Below, one piece after another: positions 46,857 to 59,800 of a stretch of DNA of 64,000 nucleotides. Position numbers and translations under genes: made by a program. Below the pieces are notes generated by a model. It was not told the origin of the DNA. It worked only from the letters and a program-made list of their open reading frames with translations, and searched no databases. Source of the DNA: Pavona decussata. Lineage: Eukaryota. Where the stretch lies: assembly GCA_977016875.1 (NCBI GenBank), contig CDRNST010000090.1, positions 2,108,001-2,172,000 on the forward strand. The letters are read 5' to 3'. Every line of letters starts with the position of its first letter. Position 1 is the first letter of the stretch.

Positions 46857-49100
46857 CTATTCAAATATCTGAATACGGTGATTACCCCAGTCACACACAA
46901 CTATCCTACCATCACTAAGTACTGCAGTAGAGGTTGGTCCTTTAAACTCACCAATCTCACTGCCGGGTCCTCCAAATTTTGCTATAAACTTTCCACTCAG
47001 ATCGAACACCTGAATTCTGTCATTACCAAAATCAGGAACAATCAGTTGTCCTGCCTTGTCAAATGACAAGAAACGCGGTCGATAGAAATCCCCGTCTCCC
47101 TTCCCCTTCTTTCCAAATTTATATAAGAAGTCACCCTCACCAGTGAAAACTTTAATACAATGATCAGCCGCGTCTGATACTATTAGATTGTTGTCCTTCT
47201 GTATGCAGTGACAGGGATCTATTAAAGAGCGCTTTCCGCCAAATTTACGTAACAACCGGCCATTAGGAGTGAAGATCTTAATTAGCTTGTGATTTGAATC
47301 AGCAACAATGATGTTACTATCACTGTCTACAGACAAGCCCCAGGGATAATCAAGCTGGTGATCAAGATTTCCCTTACCACCAAACTGACTGAGGTATTCC
47401 CCCTGCCCATTGAACATTTGCACTCGGTTGTTAAAGGTGTCAACCACGATAATGTTTCCATTATTAAGGAAAGCTATCCCACGAGGACAGTCAAACTCCC
47501 CGTCTTTATCACCCTCACGACCAAAAGACCTCAAGAAAGTTCCATCGATACTAAATACCTGAACCCTAACGTTATTTCTATCAGTCACAGCAATTTCGTT
47601 ACGTTCATTCACTGTCACTCCCCAAGGTTCATCAAACATTCCAACAGACGAACCTTGTCGTCCAAACGATAACACAGGTCTGTATTGTCTGGTTTTGATT
47701 TGAACAGTGAAAGGACTGTCACGAACATGTTTTCCATTTACCATCACTGATGCTTGGCATGTTCCAGTTTCTTTGGCAAAGTAGCTGATATTGTAGGTGC
47801 CATCTTTGTTATCCTGTACATTCACTTCTGTGGTGCAGTCATGGCCCTGATCATTTCTTATTTCCATTGTTACGCTGTCAAATTCTTCGCCGTAACACTG
47901 TTCGTTCTCAGCGTTTCGTGTTGTTAAAACAAGCTGTGCTTCAAGACCAACAGTTGCTTCGCTGATTCCTTTTCCTTCGGCACTTGATTGAGGCGCCTTA
48001 GTTTTGCTGATAAATGTTTTGATACATCCAATCCCTTCAGAGCTTGCTTTCTCCATTAGGTCAATGTTTTCCACGAAAAAAAGGCAACCCGGATCTTCAA
48101 AATCACATTCAACTTGTTCGCCAGCATTACTGATGCTTTCCAGGGAACTTTCGTCCAACTGTACAATTTCAGCGCTTGTGCTTCGGTTAACAAGCGTTTC
48201 AGTTTTCTCGATTGCTGTCTCTATCTGCTGTAATTCATTTTCCACCACGCACTGTTCCATATCAAGACGCTTAACTGATTCTTTTCCTTTGTTTTCAACT
48301 TCTCTAAAACATTCTTGTTTCTTCGCTTCAATCACTTTCATCATGTTGTCAGCAAATATTTGTGCGTTTCGCTTGACGCTAGCGACCTGTGTTTGAATTT
48401 TAGTTCGCTCATCTTGAAGTTTAGAGATTTTACTTCTCTTCTGAAGCGCTTCTTGTTTGTGAGATTCAATCACAGATTTTACGCGTAGCTTTCGTTCATT
48501 GGCAGCTTCTGCCAGGGGCGCCTTAGCGTGACCTTCATGAAGTGTTACAACGCAAGTGTTGCAAATAGGAACTTTACAATCCTTACAAAAGAACTTCAGC
48601 TCTTCGTTTTCGTGATGTTCCTTCTGGCAAAATGCTGGTCGCTTTATCACATCTTCAATGTCTTGATCTTTAAAGTCTTTAAGAGCGAGCACGCGATGTC
48701 CTTTGTTCGCTCGGAATATGTTGTGTGCCGTAATGCAGTCCTCACACCAGAACACAGAACACTGAAAACAGTAAAAACACTGCGCGCTTTTTTTCTCGCA
48801 GTTTCCACATTTTACGCCGGTAGAGTTACATTCTTGAATGGCCAACACATCCAATAAGCTGTTCAATCGAAAGTTGGTGGGCAACTGGTCAGGAGTTCCG
48901 CTCCCAGCGATTCTGAATTCCCCACGGCATTCAGGGCAGGTGATCTGTCCAACTCTCCCGCTTGTTCGTTGAAGCCCGTTCAAACAATGAAGGCAATAGC
49001 TGTGTAAGCAGGGAAGAACTTTTGGATCAGTGAACGTGTCTCCACACACAGAACAAGAGACTTCTTTGTGAAGATTATGAAGTAAGGTTTTGAGATCCAT
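46857..49100 (-). CDS. TRIM-NHL E3 ubiquitin ligase copy 4; intronless; closest to copy 2
   Basis: 747-aa ORF with the same architecture. ATG is ~1.65 kb downstream of the SFI1 stop. Confidence 0.95.
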   Translation of the reverse strand: MDLKTLLHNLHKEVSCSVCGDTFTDPKVLPCLHSYCLHCLNGLQRTSGRVGQITCPECRGEFRIAGSGTPDQLPTNFRLNSLLDVLAIQECNSTGVKCGNCEKKSAQCFYCFQCSVFWCEDCITAHNIFRANKGHRVLALKDFKDQDIEDVIKRPAFCQKEHHENEELKFFCKDCKVPICNTCVVTLHEGHAKAPLAEAANERKLRVKSVIESHKQEALQKRSKISKLQDERTKIQTQVASVKRNAQIFADNMMKVIEAKKQECFREVENKGKESVKRLDMEQCVVENELQQIETAIEKTETLVNRSTSAEIVQLDESSLESISNAGEQVECDFEDPGCLFFVENIDLMEKASSEGIGCIKTFISKTKAPQSSAEGKGISEATVGLEAQLVLTTRNAENEQCYGEEFDSVTMEIRNDQGHDCTTEVNVQDNKDGTYNISYFAKETGTCQASVMVNGKHVRDSPFTVQIKTRQYRPVLSFGRQGSSVGMFDEPWGVTVNERNEIAVTDRNNVRVQVFSIDGTFLRSFGREGDKDGEFDCPRGIAFLNNGNIIVVDTFNNRVQMFNGQGEYLSQFGGKGNLDHQLDYPWGLSVDSDSNIIVADSNHKLIKIFTPNGRLLRKFGGKRSLIDPCHCIQKDNNLIVSDAADHCIKVFTGEGDFLYKFGKKGKGDGDFYRPRFLSFDKAGQLIVPDFGNDRIQVFDLSGKFIAKFGGPGSEIGEFKGPTSTAVLSDGRIVVCDWGNHRIQIFE

Positions 49101-50750
49101 GACTAGCGTCGCAAGACAGCGAAGGCTTAGTTGAATACAATATGCATTGTGGTCTTGGGATCAAATGATAATACCGACCAACCACAAAGTGTAGTTTTGA
49201 CATGTTCTGGCTAAGTGTGAGTTCTGAGAATGATTCCAAAAATATTCAAGATTTCTAACAATTGAGATCACAAAAGCTTGACCCACTACTGATATTAAAG
49301 AAGCCGACGACAGGATTCTTCGGGATAATCTTACGACTAAATAACTGACCTTTAAAGGTTTAACTAAAAAGGAAAACAATGCACACCACTTTAATATTAC
49401 GACCTGTTGTATTCATATTATTATAAATCCCTATATAGCACCCCAACTACTTTAACATAAGCGATATTATTGTTGTTTCAGTGCACTAAAAGTGTGCAAA
49501 AGAGTGAAGGTTGCAGTGGAGGTGATTAAAAGCAACATAATAAGATCTATCGTGGTTTTTCATGTTCTTACACCACTGGGTACGTATGCAAAGAACTGAT
49601 ATTACACTATGAAGGAACTCGGTCGAGTGCACTGTGGAAATGGAGTGTTTATAATAGATGAAGGAGCGATGTACGGTGATGTGGTGTCGGCGGTTTTTTT
49701 TTTTTTTTTTTTCTTGATCGTTTTTAAACGCGGACAGGCTTCTCGAGATTCTGGTCTTCAGAAAGGTCCTTTCATAAAATTAAAAGATCACGTGACCGAC
49801 CGAGGGGCTTTGAATAGCATGGATTGTTTTAATTGCCTTTAAGGGAGGGGCGCAGTGGAGCGAATTTTGTCTTTATTTTCATAGGGTAAATTTCAGCCGG
49901 TTATCGAGATGACAAAACGATGAGATGCTTCGCTTTGGCCTTCTCTTCCCTCGAACGTTTGTCGAAATTGAAACTACCACAGCCCTGAACATACATCTAT
50001 CATCCACACAAAGTTGTGCCATCTCCCAAACCAGTTCTTGGTAATATATTTGTTTATCAGCGTTGAAACCAAGGTTTCGAGACGTCGCGGTAACAGCCCG
50101 GTTACCGAGATCAGCTTGCTTTAGTAATATTTAAATTTCACTTCTTGTAAATGCGTATGCGATTGTGAACCCGAAATACATACGCGCAAATTTTCAAATT
50201 CAGCGCTAGGGTGGGCGGGAATTTGAAAAGTTCACTGAATGCTTGGAGGATTGCCCCCTCCATGAGGGGTGGGGGGTGGGGGTTGGGGGTTGGAAAGGGG
50301 GATATGTTGAAGGTTCTAATTGAGCGGCGCCTAACAACTGTTTAATACCACGTAAGTATTGCAATAATGGTCGACCGGACTAAACTTTTACAGAGTTTTT
50401 AATATCTTTCACTTTTGCCTTTGTCTCTTAGAAAATTAAACGGGGTCGCTTGTCTGTTCCGGCTGTACAACACAATGCTATGTAATGTCTTTTTACCTAA
50501 GAATGCCAGAACAAACAGAACACAGGAACGTACTACTAAGTACTTTCATTTTAAAGGTTTCATTCACAGTCCTCAACAAACGTACTGTCCAGTTTATATT
50601 ACCCACTGGTGGGAGTCTGGTAGCTGATTTAGTCACATTCTGTTACTTGTTACTGTAGTGACAAGTCAGCCATGAAACCATTCACCCGGTCTCGTGCAGT
50701 ACAAACTGATTCTTCTAAAACCCAATGACATTTTTGTGAGATTAGTCCGG

Positions 50751-53197
50751 CTATCCCAATCCAGTTTTTTGAATGAGTTGTCTGATGCTAGCTGCTACTT
50801 CTTCAACAAGTGGTCGAGTTTGTTTTATTCTTTCAGCCATCTCGTTTACTTCCTCGGTTAACTAGAAAACAACAAAGACGAAAAATTACACAAACTGTCT
50901 AGTGAACATGCTTTCTTTATTAGGCCGTGTCTTCGTCCATAAAGTAAAACCCTACCCTGGATATTGCCGAAATGATCGGTGTTCAGCGAATCTTAGCTAT
51001 AAGCATCTTTGAATTGATAAGCTCTCAAATTTCATCCTCTGATGGGTTGGCGTTAGCGATCGACAAGTGTTTTTATTGGCTGTAATGAAAAAAATCTTAC
51101 ATTTAGCAAAAGCTAAAAGAAGTTCCAGTGAATTCTTTTACCAATCAATGTCAATGACTTCCCCGCCATTCCCCACGATCACACAGAAGCAGTCAGAAGT
51201 AGACTTTCGAAAAAACAAAATATATGTGTCTTCTATTTACCTCATCCAAACATTGCTCAGTTTGTAATAGCTCCTCGTCCTCGTAGTTCGGACCCAGCTC
51301 CTCTCTCTGCTCTTGAACCCAAACGAACAACTGATCTCGCTGCTTCTTCTTATGACTAATAAAACAAACAAAATTTGGTTCAATATTCAGTTTACAGGTA
51401 CACTGCGTCAGAAAATCAACAGGCATCAAGCAGCTCTTTTGGTTGGTAAACAACACAACAACAACAATACAATTCAATATCTGACTGTTTTTTCAGCACG
51501 GTTAGTTAAACAGAGCTAAAGGACGAGAGAGCAGGAACGAAGTGACACAGCAGTATGCAAGCAGGTCTTCGCTTGGGGCGAATCAGAATTACCTTTTTTA
51601 AGAGTTTGAAATTGTGATTCTCCGCACTGATTAACTCAAATATAAACTTCACTTGGTGCCAGGAACGTCTTGCTAGAGTTGAGTTTAGGCAGTATAGAAA
51701 GTAAATCTCAAAAATTATTATGAACACGAAAATCCGCCAAGACAAGAGACGGAAAATAAATCTTTGTGCAGTTACAAACCTCACACATTCTTGCCAAACC
51801 AGAGCTAATCTAAACACACATAAAGAATGATAACTGTACTTACTTATACGCTGCTTTCAAATCTTGAAATTCTTGCAGTGTATTCTTCATGGCGGCAATC
51901 TGGTTCTGGAGATCTCCTTCCTCTCGTAGCTGACTCTTTTCAGGCTCATCTTTCATATTCCTCGGTCCAAATCCCTCCTCCCCCAGTTCCCCTGCAGAAT
52001 GTCCCTCGTCTCTTTCCTCCCCTTCTCCCATTATGTTCCCCATTCTCATCCTTTCTTCACCATTCCGTTCTCTTGTCTTTTCCTCTCTTTCACCTTCCTC
52101 TTCTGAGCTTCGACTCGATGCCGAGGTGGCTGGAGAAGACGCCTCAAGTTTTTGACTGTCTAGGGAAGTGCGAGGAGTAGACGCGGGATGCGTCGAGTTG
52201 GAATTACGCACCACCGCCCCCTGGGGTAAAGAGTCCTGCAGCGAAGATCCCTTAGAGCGAGAAGGCAGGGTAAAGGACGACGGAGGCAATAACACGGCTT
52301 TTCTACCGTCTCTCTTTGTTTGTTTTGTGTTGTTAAGCGCTTGAATGACAGATGTTTGAACAGGTTTTGTTGCTGTCTCGTTGACACCCGGTTGCTTGCT
52401 GTTAGTTGCGGCTTTTGTTGGATCTGAAAAGAACCAGCAATGCACTCAGCTGTTGGATTAATTGCTCACTTTCCTCGCTATATTTCACGATTTTCTGGTC
52501 GGTCGGTCACTCACTCACTCACTCATTAATTCATTCATTTATTTAGTTATTTATTGTAATTCATAGTAATACTACATAAAACAAATGGAAAAAAAAAAGT
52601 AAAAGGAAACAAAATAAATAAATAAATGCCACAAGAATGGTCTGTAAAAGACCAACCAAACCATAAACAAACCTCCTTTCCCCTCGAACAAAAATCAAAA
52701 CTTAAAAAACAATTCCTATACATGTGTGTATGCCCAAATAATCCAAGCAATTAAAGAAAAGGGTTAATAAATCAAAGAAGTCCATAAAAATGAACTAATA
52801 CAAGAAATCTATGCACTAGCACGAAAAAAATTCTTACTCCCCTCTTACATGTAAAAATCATAACGTTGAGAGCTGACAATGGTAAAGTATTCCATGACTA
52901 AGTCCACTATTCTATTAAAATAACTAAACTGAAATGCATTGGTTCTTGCAAAGTTCTTCCTCAAAGTATATCTGCCCTTACCTCTTAGAGTGTATCGATC
53001 AGAATCGGACTAAAAAACTGATGTATGAAAATCTCTGCGTCAAAGGCGAGACGAGCCAGCATTCAAATAATATGATAAAAAAGATGGCTGATGAAATACA
53101 TTTGAAGCAATCTTTGTTCATTGATCATACTGGTTTCGTTATTTTTTGGCTGATTCGATCCTTCAGGTTAGTTTTTGTGTTCCAGTCCAAAGAGCTG

Positions 53198-53238
<41 letters not shown>

Positions 53239-53817
53239 GACAGCACGACAGGTGGAATGGCGGTGGAATGCAAGCGATACCATAGTAGGCTGGCTGAGTA
53301 AGTTGCTACAAAGAAGGGCGAAAGCTATGCGACTACTATGTCATGGATCAGGGCAAGGGTGTCCTTCGAGTTGCTGAGATCAGCATTACTATGCTTAAGA
53401 GGTTCGCGAGCTACAAGGAGGATCCATCTGGATTTGACGGACATTGACTTTGACATCGAGAAAGGACATGCAAACATTCGTTAAAAACATTGAGAACATA
53501 ATTTTTTATTTCTTAGTTTTTCTTATTTTTCTTGGTAGCCTTCCATTTGATGTTGGTTTTTATTCCCTTTTTTTAAGATTTTTAACTTTGTAAATATTAT
53601 TGATTTTTTAATAAGAATAGCATAGTAACTTTATGGAAAAAAATTGGCTTGAAAGTAGTCTCTTTTTTCATCGAAATGAATTGTAAATAGTTTTTAAATA
53701 GTTTTTAATAGTTCTTTTATCTACTTTTAACTTGTGAATAGCATTTGCTTGAAATATGTTAATAAAGAGTTCTCATTCTTTTTTATTTTTTATTAAAAAT
53801 CATTATTATTCTTATTC

Positions 53818-53864
<47 letters not shown>

Positions 53865-56800
53865 TAAAATAAAAACATAACATGTACGAATACGTTACGT
53901 ATTAATGGGAGAGTCTTGCCAATAAAACATTTGTTCGCGGAATTTCTCATTCAATCAAACAAGTAAGCGCCAAGTAAGTTGTGCACAGAAACAAGCAAAG
54001 TCTATTTGTTTATTTATTTCGTTCAAGTAAAATGGCGGCTTAACTGGCCGCCAGTATAGAAAGCAACTATAACAATTATGGGCATTTTAGCTAGGTTGGT
54101 TCTTTTAAAAAAAAAATTGAAAAAAAACAAAAAAAAACAAAAACATAACAACGAAACATGTTGTGGCTTCTTACCGTATGTATCTTTCCCAGTCTCCTTC
54201 GGTGCTTCCGCAACATTGAAGGATTCCTCCCCTGAAGAAGAAGGGAACACGATTGACTCCTCCCGAGGGTTCCTCTGGTGGGGATGAATATTGTTCCTTG
54301 TTTGATAACACGGCTGGGGCTGGGTGGGGCGAGGTTTTGTCTCGTCATCGCCTTTGGTTGTAACACGCGTGGATGGCGCGCTCGGCGGACGATTTTTTCC
54401 CGTGGTTATTTGGGTGTCGTCAAAGGACTCCCTTAAGTAATCAGGTTTTCGTGGTCTCGGACGCTCCTTGAAAGCTTCTGAAACGATGCTGAGAGTAAAA
54501 CCGGAAAGAAACGGATATAACAAAGAAGGGAAACTCAGCGAGGTTGAAGTGTATCGTATGTAGGTCATAAACAATGTAAACTATGATTGCTAATGGCGGT
54601 GAGTGCAGAAATGGAATAAAATGGCGGACGACTTCAAACCAGACGATTCATTTTATCAGTTTTAGCTGGGATTAGCTTCACTTTTCTCAGCTTTTCTTTG
54701 CATAACAAAACAAAATGTGTGGTTAACCCACTTTGTTCCTTTTAAAAAAACATCAACTAAATTCTTGTTACAACATAGAATTACCTAAATTCAGTTTGAC
54801 AATAAAAAGCATCGTAGCTCACACTCGCTAAAGGTCGTCAACATAAAGGGCGGCTGTATTATTTTTTATAAAATCGAATTTAATATCCACTCTAAATTAA
54901 TGGGAAGATTCTGTATCGTTTTCGAAAAACACTTTCACGTTTTCACAAAAATCGCGCTACTTCCATGTGTCCTTTATACGTGTTATGTTCCCTCCACTGA
55001 TAGTTTTATCTACTATATCAGACCATGACAAACACCATTCAGCAAAGGTAATTTAAATGCTTTTATACCTGTTAATATCCGTACTGTAGACCGAGGGCTG
55101 CTGAGAAGGGACTGGGCGCGGGATACTTGTAACCTGCCAATCAGGTTCGGTCTCGATCACGGGTCTCGGTCTAGGCCTCCCTCCTCTTTGCCGCACTCGC
55201 TTTGCTGTTATTCGTCTCCAGTGGATCGCACAACGATATACACACCGATGAACCGAGTGAGCTGCCTGTAAACACGTGATCAACAAGGCATGAAAATGAG
55301 GCAGAGAGCTTTAAGGATAATAAAAGCGCTAAACGCTTTGGGCGGTTTTGGCATTGGGAAACAAGAGAAACCAAAACCCAAACCAACCTCCATTTGTCGT
55401 TCTTGAGCCAGTCTCGATCGTTCCGCAGCCAGGTGAAACCCAACCTAGGTTATTCATATTGAAAACAAGGTAAAAAAAATTAATTCGAATGCTGAGAAGC
55501 AGCCTCAAAGAACAAATGAATAGGCCATTTCCGAGTTGCTTTGAACTTCAATAAGAAAGTGAGGCTAAGTCCAACGTTTTTATTATGAAAATCAGTTTTC
55601 ATTCATATGCAAACAAAGCAAATTTTTTTATGAAAAGCTTTGCACTTAGCTTCGCTTTCATAACGAGGATCACAGCAATTCAGAAATGGCCTATTAGAGT
55701 TTCACAAAGCAAATCTTCTGTGTCCACACCTTCATCCACCGAGTGACTCCTGTCCGCAGAAGCCTGTTTCGTCGTTCTTCCAAAGCTCGGGCAATTCGGG
55801 CAGCTTTCCTCTTACGTCTGACTGCGTACTCCAATACTGCGTAAAATGCCTTGAAAACACATTTAATCACAAGTTAAAACCGTCGAAAGTTTCCCGTATC
55901 ACTCCATGCAGAACCCATTGGGAGAACAGCGAGACATAGTTCTTTGGCAAGAATTATTCGCATTTTCGTAGTTTAAGCTTTCGCCTGGCGAAAACAGTTT
56001 CATACAATGTGCAACTTCCTTCTGCCTATCGGGTCACTGACCCAAGTTATTCACTTGTGGTTGGCTGTTAGCGTTCACCAGATAGAAAAGTCTCGTGGCC
56101 TACAACTGTCGTTACTTACACCAGTTTCTGTGTTACGAAGAAACTAAGAGTACTACCACTAGTCTCTAAACTAGAAAATATTGCTACTTACAGACTCCCC
56201 ACAATTTCGTAGTTTTCACTAAAGATTGTTTAGTACCCATTCACACACCTTGGTGGAGAGAGACGATGTAGAGTTATGCCTGCCATGCCTCTTAATTCAC
56301 GCCGAGGAAACACTGAAAAATTCGCCAACAAATTCGACAAACTTCCGAAATTTCACGAAGACTTTCCCTAGATCCAGATTAGAGACGCTACTCCTCATTT
56401 GCACAGGCTACAAACTATTGTACCAAAAAAATGTCCAAATCGGAAGATAGTTTGAAGGTCATTGGAGCGTCATCGAACATTTCCTTCCCGAAATTTTCCG
56501 AAGACTAACGCGCGATTCCAAACGAAGATCCGAAGTCGCTTTCGCTATACCTCAAATACATACCAAGGTCAGTTCACCGTTTCAGTTTACTATACTTCGC
56601 TATAATACAGCACTATGACGAACGCCGAAAAACTAAGGTGAATGCGACGAGTGGGACAACATAGAATGCGTAACAGCTTTCCAGCTTATTGGCTGTATTC
56701 TGCATGGCATGGGATGAAAACCTCAGTGTGCAACAGTCACTACTTACCTTGCCCTGTAGGTTGATACTCCAATGCCATAATGCCAGTACTGTATGATTCT

Positions 56801-59800
56801 TTTCTTGAACTGCTGCACTGTGCTAAAAAGTTTACAAATTCACTTTGATGGTCAGAAGGTTGTCCAAGCATAAAGTAATCGAAAAGTGATACGGTTTTTG
56901 AAAATAACCAAAGTCTCATTGCTGATTAGCATTGGTGAAAAACGTGTTATTAATGCTGTTTGTAAAACAAACGATACCAGTGACAAGACCTACGGACGAG
57001 ATTTAACTTGTAAGGACACTCTTGAGGACTTCACCAACAGAAAGCTGCGTCCACTAATATCACATGACTCAAGGTTATCATAAAATGACAACTACTGTAT
57101 CCGCCAGGGATGGAGACAGGAACTGTAAAGTAAAGTGTAATATAGAATGACGCAACACCAGGTTGTAATTCAAGACTTGTTGGTTCTGTGATGGCTGCGC
57201 GCCGACCACAGTGAGTAAATAGCAAAAGTAGTAAAGTAGCTAAGAGTGGATCTTAAATGAAAATGCTTGTGATAGTTCCAAACGTTCATTAATTACAAAA
57301 TATCAAGGAAATGAACGTTACATGTCTGTTTACCTGTTTCTTCCACTTGTTGAAGAAAGCAGCGGTGATCCTTCGATTATGAAGCCACATGCTTTGTCTT
57401 TGGAGAATCTATAAAATCAGAGTATTCGTATGAGGTCCCTCTGCTGCTGTTGTTTTCAGAACTTCTAACGACCAAAGACACACGTTCCTTGTATGTCACC
57501 AAAGCCAATCTTTCCATATTATATTTTTCCTTTCAACACCCAAGCACCAATAGTTCTTGAGCTTTAAAACCTCAAAGTATTTGGCTATGAAGAACACAGA
57601 AGTTGAAAGATTGAAGTTGCTTTTCAGTGTCCGTATTCTAAAGCCAATTTTACAAATAACTGTCAAAATTCCCGCGCGCTGATTGGCTTCTAGTACAGAT
57701 AATAAAAATGATGCCATAAAAAATTGTCGTCAATTGCTTAATTACACACTGAAGTTCCGCTCACCTTGATCCTAAAACACAAGTGAACGTAGCTTTTCCA
57801 TGCCACCACTGCTTTGCGCATCAGCGTCTTGTTATGATGGATGTCAGCCTTGTGTTTGAGAATCTTGTCGTGAACTGACTTCCTTGTGAAGGATTTCCAG
57901 GCGCGAAATGAACGATGTAATTTACCTGGAATAATTTTTTTGATAGGCAACATGAATTACGGAGAAACACCTGACTCGAGGGTAAAACGACCAAGAAACA
58001 TTACTTCATATTCAGACGCCAACACATTTCTAACTGACTAGCTTGGTTGATCTTCTGATGTTGATCTCATATCTAAAAGGGACATGGTGTATTGGCTACG
58101 ATTAACTTAATACTTTAAAACCACAAACAGAAGCACGCCTTCCCGTTAGCAAGTCCACCGCATTTTGGACAAACAAAACAAGTTCTCCGAGAACAACCTC
58201 ACCCCCATCCTCAATGCTTATCTCATTTTATTATGTTTAGTGGCTTCATACAACCCACAAAAAATTTAATTATCACTTGTTGTTTTCTGTTTAGTTTCTT
58301 AGCACGTCCCTCTTGGAAAACAACTTTTAATTGATGAGACCTGCGTGTGTAAATAAAGGTTCGTTCGCTCGCTCGCTCGCTCGCTCGCTCATTCGTTCGT
58401 TCGTTTTCCGTGAGTGTAAACTAACCTTTGTCAAGTGTCCGTTGAATGTCCTGCACCCACTGCCACTGCTGCCATTTCTTCACTGCATGGTGAGACGCGA
58501 ATTCCCTCCAACAAGAGAAGCACTATAGTGAGATAACAACCCAGACAACAAAATGAGAAAATTAGTACGAACACTGTAGCTCTTGGAAGTTAAGGTGTTC
58601 CATTTTATAATGAGATATCAGCCCAGACAACAGAATGGGAAAATTCACATGAAAACTGTAGCTTTTGGAAGTTAAGGTGATTCCATTGTCTTGCATTGTG
58701 CATTCTTACTGCGCATAATATCTTGCAAGCAAAGCCAATAACTAAATGGCTATTTCTTCCTAAACGAGCATGGCATGGTGACTTATCTTTTTATCTCGTT
58801 ATTTTAACTTAGCTATTATCCTCTTTATGTTTAAACGTTTTTAGAAAAAATTGACGACAGAAAAATGAGTTATTGCCAGAAGTACGAGCCTGCCAACCAC
58901 TCATGGGCGTAAAATAGTGATACTGAGAACTCGCACGCAAGGAGCGTTTTGGGTCGATACTGCTTCATATTTTGCTTCCCTGCCATGAAATTCACCTTTA
59001 TTAATTAGTTGCCGATTATGCTTCATACATTCTATGTATAACGTTTTTCTAAGTTGTGCTTTATCTATGTAACTTCTGTCACCACCAGAAGTGACAATAA
59101 CTGATCAAATAAACTCACATTTGGAAGCGAATATTGCAAACGATTATGGGGTAAATCAGTGGATCGCAGCTCCTTCGCGGACATGGCGACCTATCTTTTT
59201 TATTTCATTTCTCGAAATAGTACATAGTAGTGAACAATGAATCACAGAAAGTTTGAGAAAATTTTTACAACAACTTTTATTTCGCGGATATCACCTTAAG
59301 CGATTGATGTACTTTTGTTATTTATTTATTTATTTATTTTATTTTATTTATTTATTTATTGCTTCTTCCTGTGGGTCTTATTCGCCTCACCTTCGAAAGC
59401 AGCGTTTGATTAAGAAAAGTCTTCGCCACGTGCTTGCTTTTCCTTTCCTCTTTGTTTTCTTTGACATTCTGCTTCCATGTTTCAAAGGCAAACCTGTTGG
59501 AAAAGTCGTACACAGGCTACTTCAGACAGGAACGTCGTGATAAGGAAGACGTACACTGTATGTGACGGACGGACAGCGCCCGAAAATTCGAGAAGGTAGC
59601 TTTTACAAGTCTCTCGCGAATTCAAACAGGAGAATTCAATTTTAAGTCAAAACAATTTACTTGTGGTTTTTGTGAAGTACGGACAACTCACCTTAATCGA
59701 TTCAAATTGCGCCTTTGAAGCTTGCTATCGCAATGCGCTTTAACTGCCTTCGTGTGATTCTGATGATCCTAGCATGTCGTAAAATAAAAAAGATGCAACA

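Noticed and set aside
51840-52445. Standalone 201-aa ORF (also 54023-54574, 4713-5256, 40978-41358)
   Set aside because: These are SFI1 exons or their pseudogene copies read into flanking intron.
52530-53000. Possible old minus-strand LINE 3' end in an SFI1 intron
   Set aside because: It is absent from the duplicates and AT-rich, but I could not establish a coding motif or TSD.
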